A stretch of DNA of 32,000 bases from Candidatus Saccharimonadota bacterium (GTDB lineage: Archaea > Nanohalarchaeota > Nanosalinia > Nanosalinales > Nanosalinaceae): assembly GCF_047555085.1 (NCBI RefSeq), contig NZ_CP180230.1:180001-212000 (forward strand), read 5' to 3'. The translations under genes and the position numbers were made by a program. Below, one piece after another: positions 7,283-16,135 of the stretch; position 1 is the first letter of the stretch; each line of letters begins with the position of its first letter. Below the pieces are notes generated by a model that was not told the origin of the DNA, made no database searches, and worked only from the letters and a program-made list of their open reading frames with translations.

Positions 7283-8365
7283 ATGCCAGATATTGATCCG
7301 TGGGGCGACGTTGAGATAGGAGATTACAGCGACAAGATGGAAAAATTCGGTATAGATCCGATAAGTGATGTGGAGGATCGTCTCCCGGATAACCTTCTCG
7401 TTCGTAGAGGTATAATCTTCGGGCACAGAGGCCTGAAGGAGTTCCTGGATGCGAAAGAGGACGGCGAAGAGTTTGCGATGATGACAGGTATCATGCCGTC
7501 AGGAGTCTTCCATTTCGGCCACAAGACTGTCGTCGATCAGATCCTGATGTACCAGGAGATGGGAGCCGAGATAACAGTCACAGCAGCTGATATAGAGGCC
7601 TACAACACGAGAGATATGAGCCTTGAAAAGTCCCGGGAGCTTGTTATCGAGGAGTACCTGAAAAACTATGTTGCTCTGGGCCTTGACCTGGATAAAGTTG
7701 ATTTTTATTTCCAGAGTGAGGGAGGAAACGATTACCATCTGAAAAGCAAGCAGTTCGCGAAACATCTCACGCAGAACGAGGTGGAGGCGACTTACGGCAG
7801 CGCAGCGCCTGGAAAGATCACTTCGGCGTTGACACAGTACGCTGATATACTGAGGCCTCAGTTCGATTCCCCGAAGCCGACTGTCGTCCCTGTCGGCGTC
7901 GATCAGGATCCTCACATCCGTTTGACAAGAGAGGTCGCTCGAAAGTACCGTGATGCGGATTTCTACAAGCCTTCAAGTACATACAACAAGTTCATGAGAG
8001 GCCTCCAGGGCGGAAAAATGAGCAGCAGCGATCCGAAAAGCTACATCGCATTGACAGATGATATAAAGGATGCTAAAAAGAAGATCGATCAGGCGAAGAC
8101 CGGAGGACGCGACACACTGGAGGAACACAGGGAGAAAGGTGCGAAAATCGAGGAAGATATGGTATTCGAGCTTCTGGCCTTCCACCTGATTGAAGACGAC
8201 GATGAACTCGCAAGGATCAAAAGAGAGTACTCCAGCGGTGAGATGCTGTCCGGAGAACTGAAACAGATAGCTAAGGATAGACTTGAGGAGTTCCTGACGG
8301 AGCACCAGAGGAAACGTGAAGAGGCCTCTGAAAAAGTCGAACAGTTCGTCCGCGAAAACACCTGA
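7283..8365 (+). CDS. trpS: Tryptophanyl-tRNA synthetase (archaeal type)
   Basis: Class I motifs: GIMPSGVFHFGH (HIGH-like) and KMSSS. The N-terminal DPWG segment and a length of 360 aa are typical of archaeal TrpRS. Confidence 0.85.
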   Translation: MPDIDPWGDVEIGDYSDKMEKFGIDPISDVEDRLPDNLLVRRGIIFGHRGLKEFLDAKEDGEEFAMMTGIMPSGVFHFGHKTVVDQILMYQEMGAEITVTAADIEAYNTRDMSLEKSRELVIEEYLKNYVALGLDLDKVDFYFQSEGGNDYHLKSKQFAKHLTQNEVEATYGSAAPGKITSALTQYADILRPQFDSPKPTVVPVGVDQDPHIRLTREVARKYRDADFYKPSSTYNKFMRGLQGGKMSSSDPKSYIALTDDIKDAKKKIDQAKTGGRDTLEEHREKGAKIEEDMVFELLAFHLIEDDDELARIKREYSSGEMLSGELKQIAKDRLEEFLTEHQRKREEASEKVEQFVRENT

Positions 8366-8400
8366 AAATTCTTTAACAGGCCTCCACAAAAACCTGTATT

Positions 8401-9096
8401 ATGTTGCAGGAGCTTTTCCTCCTTGAAGAGGAGCGGCGAAGTCCCGGCATGCTTTTTGTCCTGGGAGCAGTAGCAGTTTTCACAGGCTTTATAGCAGCTT
8501 CAACGTTTTTCCCTTCAAGGATAGCCTTCGTATCGGTCATCTTTGCTGCTGTACCCCTGATTTTCTCGCTTACACAGGAGTTCATGGATGATGAACAGGA
8601 AGGCCTCCCGCATATACCGGAGCTGAAGATGTATTTCTCGATCTTTGCAGGACAGGCCTCGGCCTTTTTCCTGATCTCGCTTTTCACAGAGGCCTCTTTC
8701 ACAGCTCAGAGGACTGTTCTAGGTCTTTCAGGTGCAGCAGCTTCGAACGCAGGCCTTGAAACAATTTTACTGAACAATCTGGGTGTTTTCGCTGCGGCGC
8801 TTTTCCTGGCACTTGTGATAGGTTCTGCAGGAGCCTTTGTACTTACATGGAATGCTTCAGTCCTTGGCATCTTCCTGGCTGAAGTTTTCAGCACTGATCC
8901 GTTCCTGGCACTGGCCTATGTTCCGCATGCATCGCTTGAGATGCTTGGATTCATCACTGCAGGAGTCGCAGGGACTCTGATCTCCGCAGCAGTCTACAGG
9001 AAGCATTTTGACAGGGATACATGGATCGACTACGTGAAACTTGTCGCTCTAGGCCTCGTGTTGATACTTGTAGCAGCTGTCGTGGAGACGGCTTAA
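8401..9096 (+). CDS. Integral membrane protein, SpoIIM/DUF95-like
   Basis: Several predicted TM helices. NNLGVFAAALFLALVIG and YVPHASLEMLGFITAGVAG resemble the conserved N..l and PHG..E segments of the stage II sporulation protein M family. Confidence 0.55.
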   Translation: MLQELFLLEEERRSPGMLFVLGAVAVFTGFIAASTFFPSRIAFVSVIFAAVPLIFSLTQEFMDDEQEGLPHIPELKMYFSIFAGQASAFFLISLFTEASFTAQRTVLGLSGAAASNAGLETILLNNLGVFAAALFLALVIGSAGAFVLTWNASVLGIFLAEVFSTDPFLALAYVPHASLEMLGFITAGVAGTLISAAVYRKHFDRDTWIDYVKLVALGLVLILVAAVVETA

Positions 9097-9097
9097 G

Positions 9098-9106
9098 TAT
9101 AAAATA
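9098..9106 (+). promoter_or_regulatory. TATA box for pheS-pheT
   Basis: TATAAAATA is centred 27 nt upstream of GTG 9129. Confidence 0.5.
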
Positions 9107-9128
9107 TTTGATCGCGTCAACTTTCTGC

Positions 9129-10523
9129 GTGAAACTTTCGAAACAGGCCCTGGAAATTCTCGAGCAGTTAAAACAGAAAAACGGAGAATCAACTGTAACA
9201 GAACTTGAAAAAGAAGGATTCGACCAGTCGATGGTGAACAGGGCCTCTCTGGAGCTTGAACAGGAAGGCCTCGCAGAAGTAGATGAGGAAACAGATGAAT
9301 ACTACGTTCTCACGGATACAGGTAAAGAGGTAGAGGAGAAAGGTTCACCGGAGTACAGGCTTGTCGAAAGAGTAAGATCCGGTGATACACATATGTCAGA
9401 TCTCCAGGATCTGGATCTCGATGTAGCGCTTGGAAAGGCCCGTGAACGCTCGTGGATCAAGATAGATTCAGGGGAAGTCGAACTTGTCGAAGACGTCGAA
9501 CAAGATCCTGTCAGAGAGAAACTTGAGGAGAAAGATTTCACCGATGAACATCTGGATAGAGGCCTCGTCGAGATCAGAGAGTCAACAGTCAGGAAGATCA
9601 GGCTTACAGAAAAAGGAGAAGACGTCGAGACAGAGAAAATCGAGGAAGATTTCAACGTTGAAGCGGAAGTTGAGACACCGCGAATAGGTAAAAAACACTT
9701 CTACAAGGAAATCCTCGACTTCGCACAGGAAAAATTCGTGGAAATGGGCTTCCAGGAAATGACAGGAGACTTCATAGTACCAAGCTTCCTCAACTTCGAC
9801 GCACTCTACACCGCACAGGACCACCCGGCCAGAGACCTCCACGACACATTCTTCATGAAGACACCTGAGAAAACAGACCTTTCGGAGTACGGAGAAAAAG
9901 TACAGCACGTCAAAGAAACACACGAAGACGGCTGGACTACAGGATCCAAGGGCTGGGGCTACGACTGGAGCGAACAAGAGGCCTCAAGAAATGTACTCAG
10001 AACACATACCACTGCAGTCAGCGCAAGAAGACTGCACGAAATCGATATTAACGAAGAAGAACTGCCTAAAAAATTCTTCATCATAGGTAGAAACTTCAGA
10101 AACGAAACAGTAGACAGAACACACCTTCCAGGATTCATACAGCTGGACGGGATCGTGGTAGGCAAGAACCTGAACTACAGAAACCTCAAAGGATACCTCA
10201 GCGAATTCTTCGAAAAAATGGGATACGAAGAGTTCCGATTAATCCCTTCATACTATCCTTACACAGAAATGAGCACAGAAGTACAGGTATACGACGAGGA
10301 AGACGAAGAATGGCTAGGAATGGGAGGCGCAGGCCTCTTCAGACCGGAAGTAGTCAAGCCAATGCTAGGATTCGAAGCAACAGTACTTGCATGGGGACTA
10401 GGCCTCGGAAGAGTAGCAATGAAAGCAGCAGAAATCGAAGACATCAGAGAACTTTACAGAAACGACATAGAAATACTTGAGGAAACTCCAAAATGGAGGC
10501 CTCACAACGGAGGAGAACAATAA
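9129..10523 (+). CDS. pheS: Phenylalanyl-tRNA synthetase alpha subunit (start reassigned to GTG 9129)
   Basis: Class II core motifs (HPARD, FRNE..D.THL..F.Q.DG, GAGL.RPEV). The track start at 9021 overlaps the upstream gene. GTG 9129 lies 27 nt after TATAAAATA (9098-9106), consistent with a leaderless transcript. Confidence 0.9.
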   Translation: MKLSKQALEILEQLKQKNGESTVTELEKEGFDQSMVNRASLELEQEGLAEVDEETDEYYVLTDTGKEVEEKGSPEYRLVERVRSGDTHMSDLQDLDLDVALGKARERSWIKIDSGEVELVEDVEQDPVREKLEEKDFTDEHLDRGLVEIRESTVRKIRLTEKGEDVETEKIEEDFNVEAEVETPRIGKKHFYKEILDFAQEKFVEMGFQEMTGDFIVPSFLNFDALYTAQDHPARDLHDTFFMKTPEKTDLSEYGEKVQHVKETHEDGWTTGSKGWGYDWSEQEASRNVLRTHTTAVSARRLHEIDINEEELPKKFFIIGRNFRNETVDRTHLPGFIQLDGIVVGKNLNYRNLKGYLSEFFEKMGYEEFRLIPSYYPYTEMSTEVQVYDEEDEEWLGMGGAGLFRPEVVKPMLGFEATVLAWGLGLGRVAMKAAEIEDIRELYRNDIEILEETPKWRPHNGGEQ

Positions 10524-12170
10524 ATGGCCAACTTGGAGATAGATAAAAGAGAATTCGACGAACTTGTAGGAGAAAGCATCGACAACCAGAAAATGATAGA
10601 AGAAGGCTCAATGCTGGGAGCACACTGGCACCGCATCGAAGGAAACGTATGCGAAGTAGAAACATACCCGAACAGGCCAGACCTCCTATCAGTAGAGGGC
10701 CTCGCAAGAGCATACCGAGGATTCTTCGACATAAAAACAGGAAGAGAAGAATACAACGTAAAGAAAGGAGACCTAAAAGTAGAAGTCGATGACTCGGTGG
10801 AAAATGTAAGGCCTCACATCGGAGGAGCAGTAGTCAGAGGCCTAGAGCTTTCAAAAAAGAAGATTAACGGCCTGATCCAGCTACAGGAAAAAATGCACGA
10901 AACAATGGGCCGCAGAAGAGACAAGCTGGCGATAGGCCTTCACGACCTTTCCACAGTAGAAGCACCGTTCACATACAAAGCTGTAGAACCAGAAAAAGTC
11001 TCATTCAAACCGCTGGAATACGATAAACACATGCAGCTCGGAGAAATCCTGGATGAACACGAAAAAGGCCAGAAATACGCATGGATACTGGAATACGAGG
11101 ACAGATACCCTATAATCGAAGACTCAGAAGGAAAAGTACTCAGCTTCCCACCTATCATCAACAACCAGCTAACGGAAGTAGACTCCGAAACAACCGATAT
11201 CTTCATCGATGTCACAGGAAAACACAGAGAAACAGTAATGAAGGCCCTCAACATCCTCACAACAGCACTATCAGAAAGAGGAGGCCAGATAGAATCAGTA
11301 ACAGTCGACGGAGAAAAAATGCCAGACCTAACACCGGAAGAAATGGCGCTGGATATCGAATACTTCAAAGACATCTCGGGCCTCGATCTAGAAACAGAAG
11401 AAATCGTCAAAAGACTGGAAATGATGAAGCACGAGGCCAAAAAGAAAGGAGACAAGATCAAAGTCAAGATTCCGGCCTACAGAAACGACATAATCCACCA
11501 GTACGACCTGATCGAAGAAGTTGTGATCGCACACAGATACGACAACATCGAACCGGAAGTTCCTGACGTCGACCAAATGGCCTCAGTGAAACCGCTACAA
11601 GACTTCACAGACAGAATAAGAGATGTAATGACTGGAGCTGGCGCCCTCGAAGCAAATACATTCTACCTCTCCAGCAAGGAAAAAATCTTCGAAATGATGG
11701 AGATAGAGGAAAATGAAGTAGCAGAAGTAGCCAACGCATCAGGTGAGGAACAGGAAGTAGTCAGAAACTGGCTTCTCCCATCGCTGTTCCAGACACTTCA
11801 CGACAACCGACATCACAGCTACCCACAGACATTCTTCGAAGTATCGGATGTGGTAGAACTTGAAAACTCAAATGTCGGCGCTTCCAACCAGAAAAAACTG
11901 GCATACATCACAATAGGAAACGAAAAAGACTACACCGATGCAAGAGCAATTCTACAGGTACTTGAAAGAGATCTAGGCCTCGAATTCGATATACAGGAAA
12001 AGTACCGGAGCTGCTTCAAGGAATCAAGATCCGCAGCAGTCTACTTCAAAGACAAGAGAGTAGGAATCATAGGAGAGTTCTCGGAACAAGTCATTGAAAA
12101 CTGGGAGCTTAGCTATCCTGTTTCTGGATTGGAATTGGATGTAGAGAAAGTGCTTGAACTGAAAGAGTAA
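10524..12170 (+). CDS. pheT: Phenylalanyl-tRNA synthetase beta subunit
   Basis: 548 aa. The ATG directly abuts the pheS stop, with GGAGGAG (10509-10515) 8 nt upstream. Archaeal PheT B3/4 and B5 domain-like sequence (ETYPNRPDLLS, RRDKLAIGLHD). Confidence 0.92.
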   Translation: MANLEIDKREFDELVGESIDNQKMIEEGSMLGAHWHRIEGNVCEVETYPNRPDLLSVEGLARAYRGFFDIKTGREEYNVKKGDLKVEVDDSVENVRPHIGGAVVRGLELSKKKINGLIQLQEKMHETMGRRRDKLAIGLHDLSTVEAPFTYKAVEPEKVSFKPLEYDKHMQLGEILDEHEKGQKYAWILEYEDRYPIIEDSEGKVLSFPPIINNQLTEVDSETTDIFIDVTGKHRETVMKALNILTTALSERGGQIESVTVDGEKMPDLTPEEMALDIEYFKDISGLDLETEEIVKRLEMMKHEAKKKGDKIKVKIPAYRNDIIHQYDLIEEVVIAHRYDNIEPEVPDVDQMASVKPLQDFTDRIRDVMTGAGALEANTFYLSSKEKIFEMMEIEENEVAEVANASGEEQEVVRNWLLPSLFQTLHDNRHHSYPQTFFEVSDVVELENSNVGASNQKKLAYITIGNEKDYTDARAILQVLERDLGLEFDIQEKYRSCFKESRSAAVYFKDKRVGIIGEFSEQVIENWELSYPVSGLELDVEKVLELKE

Positions 12171-12185
12171 AGAAAAAATTTTGTG

Positions 12186-12205
12186 AGAGGCCTTTTCGGG
12201 CCTCT
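12186..12205. terminator. Hairpin between convergent pheT and the PspC-domain gene, flanked by A6/T4 runs
   Basis: AGAGGCC-TTTTCG-GGCCTCT forms a 7-bp stem, preceded by AAAAAATTTT (12173-12182). It lies in the 39-nt gap between two convergent stops. Confidence 0.4.
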
Positions 12206-12209
12206 GTTT

Positions 12210-12407
12210 CTAGTTTTCGACTTCGCTTTCTGTAGGGATGATCAGCCATGCTACAAGGTATGCAAGCAGGCCTGTTCCCAGTCCGAAGAATAGTGCGACT
12301 GCTACAAGTCTGACTAGCGTAGGATCTAGATCGTAGACTTCTGCGATTCCTCCGCAGACTCCTCCAAGGATTCTGTCGCTTTCGGAGCGGTAAAGTCGTT
12401 TAGCCAT
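12210..12407 (-). CDS. PspC-domain membrane protein
   Basis: 65 aa. YRSESDRILGGVCGGIAEVYDLDPTLVRL followed by one TM helix is the PspC domain signature. Confidence 0.75.
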   Translation of the reverse strand: MAKRLYRSESDRILGGVCGGIAEVYDLDPTLVRLVAVALFFGLGTGLLAYLVAWLIIPTESEVEN

Positions 12408-12410
12408 TTT

Positions 12411-12899
12411 TTATCTCACTTCGCTTTCGACGCTGCTCTGGTATTCGTGAAGTTCGTCTTCAGAGAACCAGATGCCTACTTCTTTCTCGGCTTCTTCAGC
12501 TGTTGCTGAAGCGTGGATGATGTTTCTGTAGAGGCCTCCGGATTCGTCTGCGTGATCCATGGACATGTGTGCGTACTGTCCTCTGATCGTTGCAGGGTGA
12601 GCGTCTTTGGCGTCTGTATCTCCGATTATTTTCCTCATGTTTTCTACTGCGTGAACTCCTTCGACTACCATTGCCACGATCGGTCCTTCCTTCATGTACT
12701 CTGCAAGGCCTTCGTAGAAAGGTTTATCGACGTGTTCCTCGTAGTGCTGTTCAAGTAGCTGGTCTGTAGCCTGGACCATCTTCAGTCCCATGATCTTGAG
12801 GCCTGTATCCTCGATCTGGGAGATGATCTCTCCTGTGATACCTCTTTTGACGGCATCAGGTTTCAAAGCTACAAAAGTCCGTTCAACGTATTCTGACAT
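12411..12899 (-). CDS. ndk: Nucleoside diphosphate kinase
   Basis: ERTFVALKPDAV.RG..GEII and NIIHASA (catalytic His) are canonical NDK motifs. Confidence 0.95.
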   Translation of the reverse strand: MSEYVERTFVALKPDAVKRGITGEIISQIEDTGLKIMGLKMVQATDQLLEQHYEEHVDKPFYEGLAEYMKEGPIVAMVVEGVHAVENMRKIIGDTDAKDAHPATIRGQYAHMSMDHADESGGLYRNIIHASATAEEAEKEVGIWFSEDELHEYQSSVESEVR

Positions 12900-12991
12900 T
12901 ATTTAATACACCTTGTACTTCAGTTATGCAGGAAATTTTTTAAGAAAACAGCCAGAAACAGGCCTGAAACATAGAGAAGAAAAAGTTTTCT

Positions 12992-13450
12992 CTATTTTGA
13001 AGCGTTGAGATGTCTGAAAGTGGTCTTGTCGCACTCCAGAAGCTCCACGTTCTCGTTTTCAAGCCATTCGCTGCCTGTCATGTTGTCGTAAGAGGCCTCG
13101 GATGTCCAGTCCATACCTGTAACTTCTTCTGATTCACAGATATTGTAGGCCTGAAGCATAAGCTCTGATTCGACAAGCCTGTAGTAGTTTTCTGTACCTG
13201 GCTCAGGATCAGTATAGTTATCGTAATTGTACGTGGTGTGGTCTCTCATCTGGAGGCCTATACATGTTCCCGCCTCGATTCCGAAGCAGTTTGTCTCGAT
13301 CTCTGTCAGTCCGACGTTCATCGGCTCATCCGGTGTAGTGAAATTATTTACTCCGACAAAAACTAGTACTACTGCAAGTGAGATAGCTACGAAGAAGAGA
13401 TCTCTTTCGAGGCCTTCCTCAAATCTTTCCGGCAGGCTTGGCAACTCCAT
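12992..13450 (-). CDS. Small membrane-anchored, Cys-containing extracytoplasmic protein (paralog of 26946-27341)
   Basis: One N-terminal TM helix (LFFVAISLAVVLVFVGV), then an acidic domain with 4 Cys. Shares the C.GI....CIGLQ block with the ORF at 26946-27341. A TATA-like GATTTAAGAAG lies about 24 nt upstream. Confidence 0.55.
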   Translation of the reverse strand: MELPSLPERFEEGLERDLFFVAISLAVVLVFVGVNNFTTPDEPMNVGLTEIETNCFGIEAGTCIGLQMRDHTTYNYDNYTDPEPGTENYYRLVESELMLQAYNICESEEVTGMDWTSEASYDNMTGSEWLENENVELLECDKTTFRHLNASK

Positions 13451-13565
13451 ACATTTGACTCAAGTTGTTCAGCTTCTTAAATCCCCCTGTCCACAGGCCT
13501 CTCGATTTTTTGATTTCTACTCGAGAATCAATTACAAAAAGGCTCCGTCGTCAACTATTAGACAG

Positions 13566-15434
13566 ATGCAACTAGGAACTATTGAGGGAAAAGTAAATAC
13601 TGACAGTTTCAAGTTCAGAGCAACTGAAGAAGTAGGAAAATTCGATTTCGTATCTGTAAAAAGTAATGAAAAATGGATTCTGGCACAGGTGGATGAAGTC
13701 ACCAAGAAATCCGGTGGCGAGACCATCGCCGATGCCAACATCATCGGTTACAGAGACAAAGGTATGACTCGTGCTCCCCGCCAGGTTATCGAGCCGGACT
13801 CAATAGTTTACTCTGCAGATCAGGACCTGATCTCTGAGACTTTAGGCCTCAACGATGACGGTCTGAGAGTAGGTAATCTCGAGACAAATCCTGATATAGA
13901 TATTTTTGTTAATCCAGAGGATTTCTACAAGCACTTTGCAGTTCTGGCCCAGACAGGTGCTGGTAAATCTTATCTTACAGGTGTGTTAATGGAGGAAATG
14001 CTTGAACAGGACTTTCCTATACTGATAATCGATCCTCACGGAGAGTTTTCTTCCCTGGGAACTCCTAATCCGGATAATGAAGAAGAGCCGAAGGGATACA
14101 ACGTCAAGGAGTACTCTCCGAACACGGATATCAACAAGTCGGCACTTCCGCTCGAATTTTCCTCGCTTAACTTCGAGAAAAAAGAGTTACAGACACTGAT
14201 ACCGGATTCATTAACTAACTCCCAGATGGGAGTTCTCTACAACGCCCTGAAACGCCTCAGAGACAAAGACGAGGACTATTCTCTGATCGATATTGAGGAT
14301 GCTGTACAGCAGGAAGACTCCACTGCGAAATGGAATCTGCTGAACTATCTGGAGCAGCTTGAGGAATCAGGCCTTTTCTCAGATAATCCTATCGATACTG
14401 AGGAACTGGTGGAGAAAGGCCGAGCAACTATAATCAACTTGAAGGCCGTAGAGCCGGATACAGCAGAGATGGCGGTGTACCTACTGGCGAAAAAACTTTT
14501 CGACCTGAGGAAGAAGGACAAAGTCCCGCCGTTCATGATGGTGTTCGAGGAGGCCCACAACTTCATCCCGGAGAAAGGATTCGGACAGGCTATCTCAAAT
14601 CCTATCATGAGAAAGATTGCATCTGAGGGAAGAAAGTTCGGCCTCGGTATCGGAGTGATCTCTCAGAGGCCTGCACGTATAGATAAGAACGTTCTTTCAC
14701 AGTGCAACACACAGTTTATTCTGAAGGTGACGAATCCTAACGATCTTAAGGCGATCTCAAAATCTTTCGAGGGAATTACTTCCGGTGTTGAAGGTATGAT
14801 AAAGTCGCTTCCGCCGGGTGTCTGTTTCGTTCTCGGGAATCAGTATCCTGTCATGACTGATGTCCGGCAGAGAAAATCCAAGCACGGTGGAGAGACTCAG
14901 ACAGCTGATACATACGAGGAGAAAGAGAGTATCCGTGTATTTGAGACGCGTAAAAGGATTTCCGAGGTAGAGAACATGTACGGTGAAAAATTCGATACCA
15001 CGTACTATCCGCTCTATCTTGTGGAAAACGATGAGAAAAGAGTTCTTGTCGATGGGATAGAGAATAAAGTCAAGGCCAAGAGGAGCAAGCCGAGCTCTGA
15101 AGAGAAGGATATCATGCACAAGATAAGACAGGGAGTAGGAAAAAGCGATATGGTGGAGGAATTAGGCCTCTCAATCGCAAAATTGAGCTCCAAGATCGAT
15201 AACTTGAGAGACAAGAATCTGGTCAAAGACGGAGAACTCGAGGTACGTGAATCAATACTTGATCTGGAGATAAAGGAAGAAGACGTCGTAAAGGAAGATC
15301 TGATGGATTACCAGGTCGATGAGGAAAAGGCCTCGAAGAGGTTGAAAAAATCAGAGATAAGCAAAGTTTACTATCCGTACTACTCTTCAGACAACGTTGT
15401 TTACGATCCTATACTTGAAGAGGAAATCGGATGA
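13566..15434 (+). CDS. HerA-like (DUF87/FtsK-HerA superfamily) ATPase with C-terminal extension containing a winged-helix-like module
   Basis: N-terminal HAS-barrel-like segment, Walker A GAGKSYLTG, DPHGEF and Walker B FMMVFEEAHNF. Start moved to ATG 13566 because the upstream part of the track ORF overlaps the divergent gene and is Ser-rich. Confidence 0.8.
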   Translation: MQLGTIEGKVNTDSFKFRATEEVGKFDFVSVKSNEKWILAQVDEVTKKSGGETIADANIIGYRDKGMTRAPRQVIEPDSIVYSADQDLISETLGLNDDGLRVGNLETNPDIDIFVNPEDFYKHFAVLAQTGAGKSYLTGVLMEEMLEQDFPILIIDPHGEFSSLGTPNPDNEEEPKGYNVKEYSPNTDINKSALPLEFSSLNFEKKELQTLIPDSLTNSQMGVLYNALKRLRDKDEDYSLIDIEDAVQQEDSTAKWNLLNYLEQLEESGLFSDNPIDTEELVEKGRATIINLKAVEPDTAEMAVYLLAKKLFDLRKKDKVPPFMMVFEEAHNFIPEKGFGQAISNPIMRKIASEGRKFGLGIGVISQRPARIDKNVLSQCNTQFILKVTNPNDLKAISKSFEGITSGVEGMIKSLPPGVCFVLGNQYPVMTDVRQRKSKHGGETQTADTYEEKESIRVFETRKRISEVENMYGEKFDTTYYPLYLVENDEKRVLVDGIENKVKAKRSKPSSEEKDIMHKIRQGVGKSDMVEELGLSIAKLSSKIDNLRDKNLVKDGELEVRESILDLEIKEEDVVKEDLMDYQVDEEKASKRLKKSEISKVYYPYYSSDNVVYDPILEEEIG

Positions 15435-15443
15435 TACTCGTGG

Positions 15444-15454
15444 TATTTTAAGAA
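15444..15454 (+). promoter_or_regulatory. TATA-like box for tRNA-Val
   Basis: TATTTTAAGAA is centred about 30 nt upstream of the tRNA 5' end (15479). Confidence 0.45.
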
Positions 15455-15478
15455 TTTACTTCCCACGGTTATCTACAG

Positions 15479-15552
15479 GGGTTCGTGGTCTAGTTGGTTA
15501 TGACGTCGCCCTTACAAGGCGAAGATCCCCAGTTCGAATCTGGGCGAACCCA
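15479..15552 (+). tRNA. tRNA-Val (anticodon UAC), no intron, CCA not encoded
   Basis: Hand-folded cloverleaf. The 7-bp acceptor stem is GGGTTCG/CGAACCC. The anticodon stem is TCGCC/GGCGA with loop CTTACAA. The T arm is CCCAG-TTCGAAT-CTGGG, with a 5-nt variable loop and discriminator A. A TATA-like box lies about 30 nt upstream and TTTT lies downstream. Confidence 0.95.
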
Positions 15553-15752
15553 TCTCCGGTTTTGAAGTCCTCATTTCCTGGAGGAAAAATATCTGCCTCT
15601 TAAACGCTATCAAGATAGAATAAGGTGATCAGAGGCCTTGAAAAAATCTACAGGCCTGAACATTTGTTGTCATCAATACGTATTAAAGGATTAAGTGTCG
15701 AATAGTTTGACTGTACGTCAAGAGGTTTGAAGATGTACGAGGTCTCGATTAA

Positions 15753-16100
15753 ATGAGTTCATACAAGCAGGCTATACTCCTGAGAGAGGATCTAAATATG
15801 TCAAAGGGCAAAATGATTGCACAGGCCTGCCATGCATCTTTGAAGGCGTACAAGAAGGCTGATGAAAAGAAAAGGAGTGAATGGGAGTCTTCAGGAGCGA
15901 AGAAAGTTACGCTTGAAGTTGATGAAGAAAGTTTGAGGCAGAAAAGGATGGATGCTGAGGCCTCTGGCTTAACAGTTGTTACTGTGAAGGATGCCGGTCA
16001 TACTGAAGTCGATCCTGGCACTGAAACGGCTATTGCGATCGGGCCGGATGAGGAGTCAAGAATCGACTCTGTCACTGGCGACTTGAAGCTGATAAAATAA
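15753..16100 (+). CDS. pth2: Peptidyl-tRNA hydrolase, archaeal Pth2 type
   Basis: 115 aa. KQAILLREDLNMSKGKMIAQACHAS and TVVTVKDAGHTEV..GT.TAIAIGP are characteristic of PTH2. Confidence 0.9.
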   Translation: MSSYKQAILLREDLNMSKGKMIAQACHASLKAYKKADEKKRSEWESSGAKKVTLEVDEESLRQKRMDAEASGLTVVTVKDAGHTEVDPGTETAIAIGPDEESRIDSVTGDLKLIK

Positions 16101-16135
16101 AAACGATTAATACACAAACAAGGTTACACGGTAGA

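Noticed and set aside
9021-9128. 5' extension of pheS overlapping the SpoIIM-like gene
   Set aside because: The extension (MDRLRETCRSRPRVDTCSSCRG...) is Cys/Arg-rich and overlaps the 3' end of the upstream gene. A TATA box sits inside it, 27 nt before GTG 9129.
10940-11566. 175-aa antisense ORF and 161-aa alternative-frame ORF within pheT
   Set aside because: Both are Ser- or Arg-rich low-complexity translations inside a confidently assigned CDS.
13227-13565. 5' extension of the HerA-like ORF (the track start at 13227 gives 735 aa)
   Set aside because: The first 113 codons overlap the divergent gene 12992-13450 on the opposite strand. They are Ser/Thr/Pro-rich and unlike the acidic local proteome, and they precede a good ATG (13566) at the start of the HAS-barrel homology.
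15622-15694. Near-perfect anti-16S complement AAGGTGATC followed 7 nt later by a TTG-initiated 18-codon ORF (MKKSTGLNICCHQYVLKD) in the 200-nt spacer after tRNA-Val
   Set aside because: There is only a single occurrence, with no TATA-like element at the right distance, no similarity to the GGR micro-ORFs or to known small proteins, and too few codons to assess.
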